A stretch of 64,000 nucleotides of DNA. Origin: Hyaloraphidium curvatum SAG 235-1. Its lineage: Eukaryota; Fungi; Monoblepharomycota. The translations under genes and the position numbers were made by a program. Below the pieces are notes generated by a model, which saw only the letters and a list, made by a program, of their open reading frames with translations, made no database searches and was not told the origin of the DNA. Within the stretch, counting starts at the first letter, position 1; every line of letters begins with the position of its first letter. The stretch lies in NCBI GenBank assembly GCA_025558095.1, contig JAIVFI010000032.1, positions 507,849 through 571,848 on the forward strand, in the 5' to 3' direction. Below, one piece after another: positions 1-11,247 of this stretch.

Positions 1-1189
1 ACGGCGTGCCGCGTGTCGCACCGATGCCTCGATCGCGCAGCCGAAGTCGGCAACCATGGGGCGGCGCTTGGCGTCCAGCAGCACGTTGCCGGGCTTGAAG
101 TCCCTGTGTATGATCCCCTTGGAGTGCATGAAGCCGATAGCGATCGCCAGCTGGCCTGCCATGATGCGCGCCTTGTCGACAGGGAGGCCCGGGCGCACGG
201 GGTCGCGGAAGAACTTGCCCTTGCCGAGCAGCTCCGACTGTCGGTGGGGCGGCGCTTAGTCACTTGCGCGTTCCCGGCCCAAGGGAAGGAGCACCTCGAG
301 GTCGCTGAAGGCCTTGGCCATGGCGATCGAGAAGGTGATCTTGAACGGGGTGTTCTTACCAAGCGGGGCCCTGCTGGTCCAGGAGCCCCAGAACTTGATC
401 ATGTACGGCCCACCGTCGAGAGCTTTCATCTGCGGTCGACAGGGCACGTCAGTCCGTTTCCTGATGGCCTTGCGGCGCCGGAACCCACGAACTGCGGCTC
501 CGTCCGCGATGCGCGCCGCACGACGCACGGCTTGGGGTCGTCACCGCACTTGGGCCACAGCGAGAAGCTCTGCTCCTTGATGGCAAACAGCCTCATCTGG
601 CTGCCCTCTGCTTCGTCCAGCGGGCCCGGCCGCACGCCTCGCAGGGAGCCGAGCAGCACCCGGCCGAATGCACCGGCGCCGAGCTCCTTGCCCGTGTCGA
701 AGTAGACGAGAGGGACTATCGTGCGGTTCCTGTTGCGCAGCACCCGGTTCGGGAGGGAGTGCAGGGGCGAGACCACCGTGGGCTGCGCGCGGACGGCGGG
801 GCACTGCCGGGCGGGCGGGGCGCCTCCCGACGCCGATCCACTGCGGGGACGCCCTTCCGGCCTGCCCGGCGGGCCGTCGTCGACGTCGACCTGGGCGGCG
901 TACGCGCTGCCCCTCCCCGAGTCGTCGATGTCGACCTGCGCCGAGTAAGCGCTGCCGCCCCCGCCCTCGCCGGCGTCCGGCCTCTGCCGCTGCCGCTGCG
1001 GCTCCTCCCGCGCGGTTCGGGATCGTCGATGTCGACCTGCGGGGAGTAGGAGCTTCCCTCGGGCCTGCCGCCCCCGCTGACGCTCGGCCTCCGGGAGCCC
1101 CCCTCGGCCGCCTCCGCCGCGCCCGCAAGCAGAAGCAGCACCAGCAGCGCAAGAAAGGACGCTGCCCGGCCACGAATCCGCCGTGCCAT
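1..1189 (-). CDS. Ser/Thr protein kinase with N-terminal signal-peptide-like segment (3' part runs off the window)
   Basis: GAGAFGRV glycine loop, FAIK, HRDFKPGN and DFG across exons; introns 430-488 and 238-294. ATG at 1189 gives MARRIRGRAASFLALLVLLLLAGAAEA, but a frame change near 940-1030 is needed to join it to the kinase. Confidence 0.8.
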
Positions 1190-1506
1190 CGAGCGTCTGG
1201 CGTGCGGGAGAATGTTGCGGATCCAATCGCGGAGGATGGGCGGGTCCCGCTCTCTGCCCTTGCGGCCACGATGCCCGGTCAGGGTCCGCGCGGTCAGCAA
1301 GAAAAGAGTCGCGGACATCCAGGACGGCAACGCACTCCTACAGCAGGGCCCCGGACCGGACAGACAGCCCGGCAAAGCAGACCGCGCTGTGTAAGTACCG
1401 CCCGTCGCGTCTATTGTGTCCGTGGCCGATCACGCACAATCCATCGCCGATACCATCCAAAGCAAGCCGACCCCAACTCGTTACATAGAACGCCTCCTCC
1501 CTAGCT

Positions 1507-2135
1507 CTAGCAGGTCGCCGTCGGGCACGTCGCCGGCGCCTGCGCAAACACCACCGACGACGGGTTGTCGCCGAACGCGGTGCACCCCGTGAAGGTCTTG
1601 CACTGGAACAGCGACGGCCCGCCGACGTAGGCAAATTCGAAGTGTGTGCAACCCGGGCGGGCCTCGCACGAGGCCTGGCATTCGTCGCGGTCGGTGATGC
1701 CCGGGTCTTGCTGGCCTTCGTAGCTGCAGCAGAAGTGGCTTCCGCAGTTGGTGAACTGTCCGGAGTTGGCGTAGCGGCGATACAGCTCGTGGGGGTCGCC
1801 GGCAGGGGCGGCGACACAGGCAACACGGTCTTGGGGGGCGCCGGGGTAGGAGAACTCGCTGCGGGAAAGGGGGGGATTCGAGGATCAGGAGCCGGGGGGC
1901 GCTGGAGCAGCAATGCTGCCCACCAGAACGATGTGCCAGCGCATTCGGAGCAGGACCGGGCGAAGACGACGTGCGGGGCGGCGGGGGCGGCCTCGGCAGG
2001 GCTGGAATGCGGGAAGGAATCGGGTCAGTGTCGACGCGAGGAACGGGGCAGCAGTTGGGCCCGCCTGGCAAGCAGGGCGACGAGCAGGGCGGTGGCGGTC
2101 AGAACCATGGCGGTGCTGGTGCGGTGCTGGACCAT
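1507..2135 (-). CDS. Small secreted Cys-rich protein with PAN/Apple-like domain (paralog 1)
   Basis: Signal peptide MVQHRTSTAMVLTATALLVALLA; two introns (the first GC-AG, 2002-2064); CQASCEARPGCTHFEF motif; colinear with 7214-7835. Confidence 0.75.
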
Positions 2136-2799
2136 CGTGTCTCGCGGCGGGGTTGGGGTCGTGGCGCTTGGCGAACTCGACGCGCTGGTACCGGAGCGCT
2201 TTCTCGTCTGCGAGGCGGCTAGAGGGCTCGCTTTCTCCTCCTCCGAGTGGTTTTGCGGTGGCTTCGTGGTGGCCGGCGGCCTTTTGTACCGCCGATCGTA
2301 GGGTCCGTCGCACGCGGCGATGTCGTGCGGGCGGGTTCCACACGGCCACGCTTACGCGCCTCAGTCCAGCGAGCAGGCGCGCATGGGAGATCCAGCCGCG
2401 ATTCCTGTTGGGATCGTGCCAGGTTGGTTCCGGGGGTCGGCGGTGCGACCGCCCTCTGGCCGCGCGCGGCACGGCGCGCCGAAAGCCTCGGTCGGCAATG
2501 ATCCGCTGAGCAGGATTCGGAGGCCCATGTTCCGCGCGCCGGCCGGCCACTTACCGGCCGGATGGGCCGCAGATGCTTGGTTTCCACCGAAAAAGTACGG
2601 AGCGGTGGAGCTGGCCGACATGGGGTTCCGGAGGGGCGCGGAATCGAGGCGGATGCGGCCGAAAGAGAAGCCGAGGCGCACAAAGGAGTGCCACCGAAGA
2701 AACGATGTGTGCAGAAACGGTTCTCGGCATTCAAATACGCGGCACCAAGATGCAGCTCCTCCTTCCTCACTCCCACCAATCCCCTTCCCGGAACGACCA

Positions 2800-4610
2800 T
2801 CATTCGGCCGCCACCGTCGCCTGCTTCAGCGCCGCGTCCAGCTCGCCCACCTCCTCGTCGTCCACGCCCTCGGGCTTGGGGATAGACGGCGCGTTGGCCA
2901 CCCGGTGCGCCGACAGGGAGCTGCCTGACTTGTCGCCGAACGCCGCGACCACTTCCTGCCGGTCAGCCCAAGGTTCGCCGCGCGCACGAAGGGGGACCCA
3001 CCCTTGGCCTGCACCGCCATCCTCTTGAGCGTCGCGATGCCGTTCCGCTTCATCGAGTTCCGCTTGATCGTCCCGCTGATGTCCGGAGCGACCAGGTCGG
3101 CGCCCAGATTCGTGGCCGCGGCCGCGGGCTTCTCCTCCGGCGGGCGCGCGAACTTCTCGAGCCAGGGGTGCTGCAGCGCGTGCGCGGAGCGCATGCGGGC
3201 GGAGGGGTCCACGACAAGGAGCTTGGAGATGAAGTCTTTGGCTGAATGGGGGGGTCAGTGCTGGGATCAGAAGAGGGGAGGCAGGGGCTGACCTTCGTCG
3301 GAGATCTCGCCCCAGTCCTCGATGGGGAAGGAGAAGCTGCCCTTCTTGATGAGCTCGAACATCTCGGCCTGGGATCCGGTCTCCGAGGCGAAGGGGAGGT
3401 ACCCGCACAGCATCGAGTCTGCCCCCAGGCGTCAGCACGCCCGGTCCGTCCCGAAAACCAAAATGGGCACGTACACGCGATGCACCCGGCGCTCCACATG
3501 TCGACCTCGATCCCGTGTCCGCCGCGGTTGAGGATCTCGGGGGCCACGTAGGCGGGGGTTCCGCAGATGGTCTGCAGGAAGTGCGAGGTGCCCACGAGGC
3601 GCGAGAAGCCGAAATCCGTGATGAGGATGTGGTTGTCCCCGGGCTTCTTGAAGAGGATGTTCTTCGGGTGCCGGATCAGCGGATGGGAGAGGAAAGGGAG
3701 GGGAACGGCCCACTTCGGGTTTGAGGTCCCGGTGCACCACGCCCTTCTTGTGCAGGTAGACCAGCCCCTCGATCAGCTGCTTGATGATGATCGCCGCGTC
3801 GTTCTCGCTGAATTCGCCGCGGGATATGATGGCGTCCAGCAGCTCGCCGCCTTTTTCCCCGTCAGCGTCCGTCCGCACGCTGCGGCACGTGAAGGTCACC
3901 TTCGGCCAGGTCCAGGATCAGGTAGATCTCGTCCTTGAGCTCGAAGCTCTCGTACACCCGCGCCAGGTTGGGGTGCTCGAGCTTGGCCATGATTTCGATC
4001 TCGGAGATGACGTCGGATTCCTTGCCCTTGATCTTCTTGCGGTCTGCCGAGCCGGTGCGGGATCAGTCGGACCGAACGGTGAACGGGGGGCGGGGGAGGC
4101 CCACCGATGGCTTTGGCGGCATAAACGGTGCCAGTTTTACGGTCGGTGCACAGCTTGACGGTCGCTGGGGGCGGAGGGGTTGAGTCAATCTGGTGCCGTC
4201 GGGGGAAAGGCAGGCAGTGATCCCGGCACGCGGCGGACCCCCGATTCGGCCCCCGGCGCGCAGCCTGTGCCAATTCCATGCCGAAGAGCGGGAACCGATT
4301 ACCGGCAGCGGCCACCGCCGCGCGTGCGGCCCCCCGAGATACTGTATCCCGTCCACCGCCCAATCCCCCCACCGCACCGACACCCACCGTACGTCCCCGC
4401 CCCGAGCGTCTTCCCGACCTCGTACTTCTCCTCCAGCCGCTTCTTCGCGTCCTCGTAGCCGCCCGCGGACCCCGTCGACGCGACGCTCGACACGCTCGCC
4501 AGCGAGCTCGCGGTGTTGGTGCGCTTGGCCGGCGGCGCCGCCCCCGTGGGGGAGCCGGGCGACCCGGGGCCGCTGTCTTTCTTGCCGAAGAGGGTCTTGA
4601 GCTTGTTCAT
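2800..4610 (-). CDS. CaMK-group (CaMK1-like) Ser/Thr kinase, multi-exon
   Basis: [32 protein letters not shown]|[34 protein letters not shown]. Confidence 0.92.
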
Positions 4611-4955
4611 CGCGCCGGGGGAATCGCCGACGGGTGCGTGGTGTTCGGGGGACAGGTGCGCGCGCGGGCGTCCCGCGGAAACTTCCCCGGGAAAGGCGAG
4701 GGAAGGGAGACGCATTCCACGGATGACGCGTCCGTTCCCCCGGGAACAGCCCGAATCAAGCATGATTCATCCATCCCGACCGTCATCCGCGCCCGATCGG
4801 GATCGCCTCGACGGACGATCGGTTGACTTGGCGCCTTGCTGGCGCGCAGTGGATCCACCTAACTCCGCATCCCCTCTCACCGAAGGAGCGAGGACGCCCC
4901 CTGTGCCCCTCCATTTCCCTCCCCCACCAATCTTTGACACGGCTTGCGGAGGGAG

Positions 4956-5431
4956 ATGGGCTGCCTAGAGGATATCTGCTGGTGCGCGGCGCCCCTCGAC
5001 ACCCGTCCCACCGCCACGGAGGAGGCCTGACTGTGGTGTCCCCGGGGCGGACGCAGCTTCCCTTGCAAGCTCTGCAGTTCCTTCTGCGACATCCTGGTGC
5101 GTGTTTCCCCGGTGCCGGCGGGGTTCCCGGTCGCTGACTTCGCGGCAGAACGGTGCGGGGGATCCTCCCTCCGCGTCCGGTCCAACGGGCACTGACCCCT
5201 CCTCTATCTTTCCCGACCTGCTACAGTCATTTTCTGCTGCCCGTGCCGGTGCATGTGCGGCTGCCCCAAAACCAGCACCGGTACCCTCTCCTCCCTTCTT
5301 TCCACCTGGCCACCGTGAGCTTACGGCCCGCCCGAACCCCCGCAGAGAAGCAGAAGGAGCGCGAAAAGCCCATCATCATGCAGCAGGTCGTCGTGCAGCA
5401 GGGACAGCCGCAGATGCAGCCCCCGCGGTGA
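4956..5431 (+). CDS. 69-aa Cys-rich small protein (5 exons, 4-nt microexon)
   Basis: Exons 4956-4981, 5057-5096, 5149-5152, 5227-5280 and 5346-5431, all flanked by GT-AG, splice in frame to MGCLEDICCFPCKLCSSFCDILNVIFCCPCRCMCGCPKTSTEKQKEREKPIIMQQVVVQQGQPQMQPPR. Confidence 0.75.
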
Positions 5432-5474
5432 CCTTCCCGGGTGCCGAGGGCGCGGCTTGCCCCAGGGGGAGGGG

Positions 5475-6356
5475 TCAGGAAGGGCGGGAGGATCGCGCGG
5501 CGAGGAGGGGGAGGGCGAGAGAAACGGCTGCCGGGAGCTGTGCGGCAGAGAGGGCAGGATGGAGGGCGAGGAGGGCGCCGGCGGCGGCGTACGCGAGGTT
5601 GGAAAGCGGCGCCGGGGCAGGCGGGGAGCGGGGTAGGGCGGCGAGCGCGCAGAGGAGGTGCAGGGCCGCGGTTACGGCTGCTGCGCCGGAATCAGAAGGG
5701 GTGAAAAAGGCGGAGAGGGGCGTGGGGAGGGGAGGTACGGGGAGGCCGAGGGCGGGCAGCGGGCGCAGGGCCCAGAGGGCGCAGAGCAGGGCAAGCAGCG
5801 CCGAGCCCGATTTGCCCTTGCTGTCCGCTTTTGCAATCAAGGCAGGAAGCCCAAGCAAACCGGCCGCCGCAGCCATTCCGAACCTGCCCCCTGCCAACGC
5901 GTGCCCGACCAGGAACGCCGCCGTTCTCCCCCAATCCGGCCCCATGCCCGGCTCCAACGCCCGCGTTGCCAGGTCCAACAGGCACCACGCGTCCACTGCC
6001 GCCGGCACCACTGCCGCCAGCCCGGCCCAAGATGCCTGCTCGGCGGCGCCGCCCTCGCGGCCGCGCTGGCCCCCCAGGAACCCGGCCTCGCCCAACGACA
6101 CGGCAGCCTGCGCGCCGGCGAGGAACAGCAGGGCGACATAGGGGAAGTACCGCCACCCGGGCCACTTTTCCGCCCCCGAAAGCGATAGAGCGGGGGCGAC
6201 GAGGAGCAGCGCGGCTGCGGACCAGCCGACGAACGACGGGGCGAGGTCGGACCCGGAGAGCGTGGCGGCGAGGAGTGCAGAGGGGAGCAGGAGGGACAGG
6301 TAGGGGAGGAAGGACAGGAGGGCCGGCGGCGCCGGGGGTGGGCGCGGGCGCGGCAT
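5475..6356 (-). CDS. Hypothetical multi-pass membrane protein
   Basis: ATG-initiated 293-aa ORF with many Leu/Ala-rich hydrophobic stretches; no family recognised. Confidence 0.55.
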   Translation of the reverse strand: MPRPRPPPAPPALLSFLPYLSLLLPSALLAATLSGSDLAPSFVGWSAAALLLVAPALSLSGAEKWPGWRYFPYVALLFLAGAQAAVSLGEAGFLGGQRGREGGAAEQASWAGLAAVVPAAVDAWCLLDLATRALEPGMGPDWGRTAAFLVGHALAGGRFGMAAAAGLLGLPALIAKADSKGKSGSALLALLCALWALRPLPALGLPVPPLPTPLSAFFTPSDSGAAAVTAALHLLCALAALPRSPPAPAPLSNLAYAAAGALLALHPALSAAQLPAAVSLALPLLAARSSRPS

Positions 6357-7213
6357 CGTGAAGTTGGGGGAGGCGGGACTCGCACATGCGGCCCGATCGA
6401 GGTCACATCCGGCCCGCGGCCGGATTCGGGTTGGACTGCGGGTTCCACGGAACTAATCGACCGGATTCTTCCGTTTCGTAGGCGCGGTGGACGGCGGAGC
6501 TTGGCTTGCGAGGTGCCTGATGTATGGCTCGCCCGGGGGCCAACGCGCGTTCCGCCATGATCGGGCAGGATCTAGCCCCTCGTCCGACACCGGTTTCCGG
6601 CGGTGCCCATCGCCGCTCTGTGGCCACCGTACGGGGCGGACCGCCGTGGTGGCGAAAGTGCAGCAGCAACATATGACTGGTCTGGTCTGGTCTGGACGTC
6701 AAGCAGACCACACATGGGTACTCATCAACCCCCAACCTGATGCGGGTGACCGTGGAGCCTACCTGAGGCTTCAATGCAGTGGCCGGTCGCCATGCGGAAT
6801 CGGTCGGCAGGGTTTCGGGACCCCAGCCTCCGTCGGCGGAGGCTTTCCCCGCAGAGCGGCGCGCGGCCAACGGGCGGCCGCACCGACTGCCACACCGCCG
6901 AACCCAGGAGAACGCCAAGCATGTTCCGAACAAAGCTGCCGCTAGTTTGTCGATGCTCCTTTGCCCGCTGGGGTCGGAACCGGTCGGGAGCGTTGGCCGT
7001 CTGGAACCCGCCCGCATCACATCGCCCACGCCCTTATGGGCCGTACGGTCGGCGCTACAAAAGGGCCGCCGGCCATCGCGAAGCCACCGCAGAACCATTC
7101 CGAGCTCCGAAGGAGGAACCAAGCTGAGCTCGCCCCTTTCACACGGCAACTGCCGCCGCGCAGAGAAGCACTCTTGTCAGCCGAGCGCCCCGTGAACCTT
7201 CCGCAAAGAAACG

Positions 7214-7835
7214 ATGGCCTCCCGCATCTCCCGCGCCGCGATGGTTCTCGCCACCCCCGCCCTGCTGTTGGCCCTGCTTTCATGGCAGGGACACTGGCTG
7301 CACCGTCAAGCGTGGCCGCTGATTTGCCTTTCTCATCGCAGCCCCGCCGCCGCCGCCCCGGCCGCCCCGCATGTCGTCTTTGAACGCTCGTGCACCGAAT
7401 GCACCGCTTCGGCATTCTGGTCAGCTGCCCTCCTCCTCACCGTGCCGCACGGCTTCTGATCCGCGAACCCCCCCTTGTCCTCACAGCGAGTTCGCCTTCC
7501 CCGGGGCCCCCCAAGACCACGTCGCCTGCATCACCACCGCCCCGGGCGACGCCCACGCGCTGTACCGCCGCTACGAGGGCGAATTCGTCTCCTGCGGCAG
7601 CGTCTACTGCTGCATCACCGACGGCGGCCGCAACGAACCCGACATCTCGGACCGCGATGGATGCCAGGCGGCCTGCGCCGCGAGGCCCGGCTGCACCCAC
7701 TTCGAGTTCGGCTCCTCTGGCGGGCAGTTCTTCTGCGGGACGTACACGTCGTGCACCAACTCGGGGGCCGACGGGGGGTACGCCGTGTATGCTCAGGCGC
7801 CGGCGGCGTGCCCGGCGCTGACCTGCGGGTTGTGA
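7214..7835 (+). CDS. Small secreted Cys-rich protein with PAN/Apple-like domain (paralog 2)
   Basis: Signal peptide MASRISRAAMVLATPALLLALLS; CQAACAARPGCTHFEF; same intron positions as 1507-2135. Confidence 0.75.
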
Positions 7836-8324
7836 TGCGGCATGCACGGAAGACGGTGTGGGGACGGCCTTGCCTTGCAACGCTATCGGAGTGTACCTCT
7901 TGTATTGAACTGGGATCGGGGTCGTACAACCGACCACATAGAAGGGAGATTGGAGTACGGCAGGCCGCTCCCATCCAGCTCCGCCATCCGAAGATCTGAC
8001 AACCTGCGTTGGACGTACGTTCAGTCAGTAGCATGTCCCGGTCCGAAAAGACGGCAGCGCGATCGAGCGCCAGGCGTCAGCTAATCGGCTCCGACAGACC
8101 CACCGATCCGAGCGGCGTCGGCGTGTCCCCGAGCAGCGCCTTCCGACCGGCACTATTCAACGATCAAGCTTCTCAAGAGCGCTCGCAGAATCAGCGGCGC
8201 GTCATCTGCACCATCATCCGCGAGTTAGTCACATGCGGGCGGCGCGGAGCGGATCGAGGTGGCAGTGCGGCGGAGCCCGATCGCTTCTCCCCGCCCTCCA
8301 ATCAACACCTGCCCGAAACCCGCG

Positions 8325-9436
8325 ATGCCGCTCCAATCGACCCTCTCCGCCGTTGCCGGCGCATGGGACGCCCTTTCCTCGGGCGTCCTCTCGGCGTGCG
8401 AGGCCGCGCTTCGCTCCGTGCCGCTCGTCGGCGAGCGCCTGGTTCCCTACGCCGATATCCCTGCCTACGGTCTCCTCTTCCTCGCCACCAACGCGGCCGT
8501 CGTCTGGCCGCTCCACAACACCCTGCGCTACATGGACGCGCACCCCGAGGGGTGGTGGTTCAAGCACAAGATCGAGAAGGTCCGCAAGCCGCCCAAGGAG
8601 CTCGAGGAGGCCGCGGGGGCCTCGGGGCGGTGGGGCCGGATCGTGGTCGGGCCGGTGCAGGAGGCGATCGTGTACGCGGTGCTCTACCGCGCGCTGAAGC
8701 CGACGTTCGGGGTGTCGGTGCCGCTGGGGACCATGGCCAAGAGGATCTTTGGCGCCATGATTTGGACCGACGTCTGGCTCTACTGGTGGGCTCTTTTCAC
8801 CGGCAAACCGGGCTGTCTTTGGCTGATCTCGATGCCAGGTACCACCGCTTCGTGCACACCAACAAGTGGGCGTGGCGGAACCTCCACCGCGAGCACCACG
8901 AGTTCATCGTCTCGACCGTCTACGCCTCGTACTGGGGCACCCGCAACGAGGGCTTCCTGCAGTCCTCCCCGATGTGGACGGCACCGCTGGTGTGCGGGTT
9001 CACGTCGGTGCCCGAGATCCTGCTCTGGATGGCGATGAACGAGTACATCAACCTGCACCAGCACTGCGGGTACTCGTTCCCGTGGGATCCGCTCGAGTAC
9101 TGGCCGCTGGCTGGTTCTGCGCACCACTGGTATGTTCCGGAAAGGCGGTGTCCGTGCCCAGCTAACGACGTGGTCCTTCCAGGTTTCACCACGCGAAGAA
9201 CTCGGGTCCCCGCTCGGGGAACTACTCCCTGACCTTCTTCAGGTGAGGATTCGACGGGCCTCACGACGTGGACCCTAAACTAACCCCTGCAAAGCTTCTG
9301 GGACACCGTTTTCGGCACGGACAAGCGCTACTGGGTGTGGTTGAGCCGCAAGGCCGGCGAGGACCACGCCGCGGAGGACGCGGCGGAGGATAAGGAGGCG
9401 ATGGACGCCGTCGCCGTCGAGACCAAGTCCCAGTGA
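8325..9436 (+). CDS. Fatty acid hydroxylase / sterol desaturase family protein
   Basis: His boxes HRFVH, HREHH, HQHCGY and HHW|FHH; NYS...FWDTVFGT; three introns. Confidence 0.88.
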
Positions 9437-9538
9437 TTGAATCGTGCCTTGGAGAGCGTGGCATTGGAGGCAGTTCAATTGCACTTGCATTACCTATTTG
9501 AATATAGAACCACACGTCGGCATTTCCGAGTTGGCGGT

Positions 9539-9618
9539 GTGTGTCGTGCGTGACGGTGGTCGGCGAGCTTGTCGGCGAGTCACACGGCGAGTTTGTCGGC
9601 GAGTCACGCACGACACAC
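9539..9618. repeat. Short inverted-repeat element (16-bp perfect arms) with internal CGGCGAG repeats
   Basis: GTGTGTCGTGCGTGAC (9539-9554) is the reverse complement of GTCACGCACGACACAC (9603-9618); four CGGCGAG copies lie inside. Confidence 0.8.
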
Positions 9619-9701
9619 CCCGCCGAGTCCGAACCTCCGCAAAGGTCCCCTCCTGCCACGTCCCTCGGCGATTGTCGGGTTCCCATCGCGCGACGCAAAC
9701 G

Positions 9702-10007
9702 ATGGCCAGCCACGCCGCCGATGCCGCGGCGAGCGACATCAAGGCGCTCCACTCCTCCCCCGAGCTCGCCGAGGAGCTCAAAAGGGCCGCCGAATCCGTG
9801 CACGCGTCGCTGCTCTCGATGAAGGCGCTGGACGAAAAGGACATGAAGCAGACCGCGGACATGGTCAAGGGCCTCGTGACGGACACGCGGAAGGAGCTGC
9901 AGGCCATGGGCGCCATCGACAAGGTGAACGCGGCGAGGGCCGAGAAGGAGATCAGGAAGCTGGAGGGCAAACTGAAGGCGCTGTTCGAGGGCAAGGAAAG
10001 GAAGTGA
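9702..10007 (+). CDS. Small helical hypothetical protein (101 aa)
   Basis: ATG ORF with GC3-rich codons; charged amphipathic sequence MASHAADAAASDIKAL...KLKALFEGKERK. Confidence 0.65.
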   Translation: MASHAADAAASDIKALHSSPELAEELKRAAESVHASLLSMKALDEKDMKQTADMVKGLVTDTRKELQAMGAIDKVNAARAEKEIRKLEGKLKALFEGKERK

Positions 10008-10274
10008 TGGAGGGACGAGAGGAAGCACGCAGAATGGCGGTTTTTGCGAGTACCGCGCGAGGCCAGTCGCCGAGGAGGACGCGGACGCGACGAGAGCGAG
10101 GCGATGGACGCCGTTGCCGTCGACGCCACTGCCCAGTCACATGCCGAGTGAGAGCTTGCTATGGGAGCAGCTGCAAGTGCATATATTGTCTATAGGGGCG
10201 GCATTTCCAATCTCATCTTCCTGCCATGAGGGCCATGAGGGCAATCAGCATCATCGCCATGTTCGTGTGGTCCG

Positions 10275-10610
10275 TCAGGGCTTCGAGTTCCATTTCGTCG
10301 GCCCGCTTCTCGTGCTCTCATGCAGCTTCCTGGCGATCTCGGCCATCTTCGTTTCCGCGGCGGCCAGGCGGGCCTCGAGTTTGGCCACCGTCCCCTTGGT
10401 CTCCGCCAGGGCCTGCTCAGCCTCGAAGAGGTGCTCGTCGAGGGTCGCCTTGACGTGGCCATCCAGCTCTTCGAAGGGCCCGACGTGGCCGCAGAACGGA
10501 TAGCGGCACGACTGGGGCCGCCTCGGGCACCCGGTTGCGTGGCCGGCGAAAGTCCTTCGTGGGGCTCTGAACTCGCACCCGGCGGGGCCATTTTCGGGCA
10601 GAGGTGGGCC
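10275..10610 (-). pseudogene. Degenerate TRAF/SIAH-type zinc finger plus coiled coil
   Basis: A frame with no ATG reads NGPAGCEFRAPRRTFAGHATGCPRRPQSCRYPFCGHVGPFEELDGHVKATLDEHL, followed by a heptad coiled coil; the preceding HLCP lies in another frame. Confidence 0.45.
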
Positions 10611-11247
10611 TCAGGCGGGGTCTATGGATAGTTCGGAAAAGAATGCGAAGCCGGAAGCAGGCTGCGGGACGGGTCGTGGCCTTGCGGTCCGCGAATTCAA
10701 AGTCGCCTCTCCGCGCCGCCGGACCTGCAAACCACGCCTCGACTTCACAGACACGGACAACTGCGTCACACAAGCCCTTGTGTGTACCTCGTGGCGAGCC
10801 TCATCCGTCTCGTGCGTGTGGTGAGTAAGCTGTGCTCACTTGCCTCTGCGCCGTGGCGTTTGGCGCCGCCGGCCGCTCACTGTGGCGACGTGGGCGACAC
10901 TCCGACCCCCTTGTCACTCCCGCACCGTTCCCCCGAAGGACAGCCGCCGCCCGAGCGCGTTCTTCTCTGCGACGTCAGCGCACTCCGCCCGCACTCCAGG
11001 CACGCCGCGCCCGCCGCTCCCGCGCTTCCCGGGTGTGACTAACCCCACCCGGTGGCGGCGCCTCGCAGACCGCCGCCATGCCGGACTCCGGGACCGCGAA
11101 ACCGTTCGAGTTCGACTTTGACGTGCGTCTCGTGCCTTCCGCCCGCCTTCCCGGCGCCCTCGCATGGCCGGTCGCTGATTCCTTGCCACACCCGCCCCGC
11201 CGCATCCCAATGGCTCACCGGCAATGCGACTGGATGATGGGCCGACG

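Noticed and set aside
13-705. 230-aa plus-strand ORF and similar long antisense ORFs (e.g. 43883-45523, 48128-50086, 19922-21067)
   Set aside because: Shadow ORFs of real opposite-strand genes, caused by high GC.
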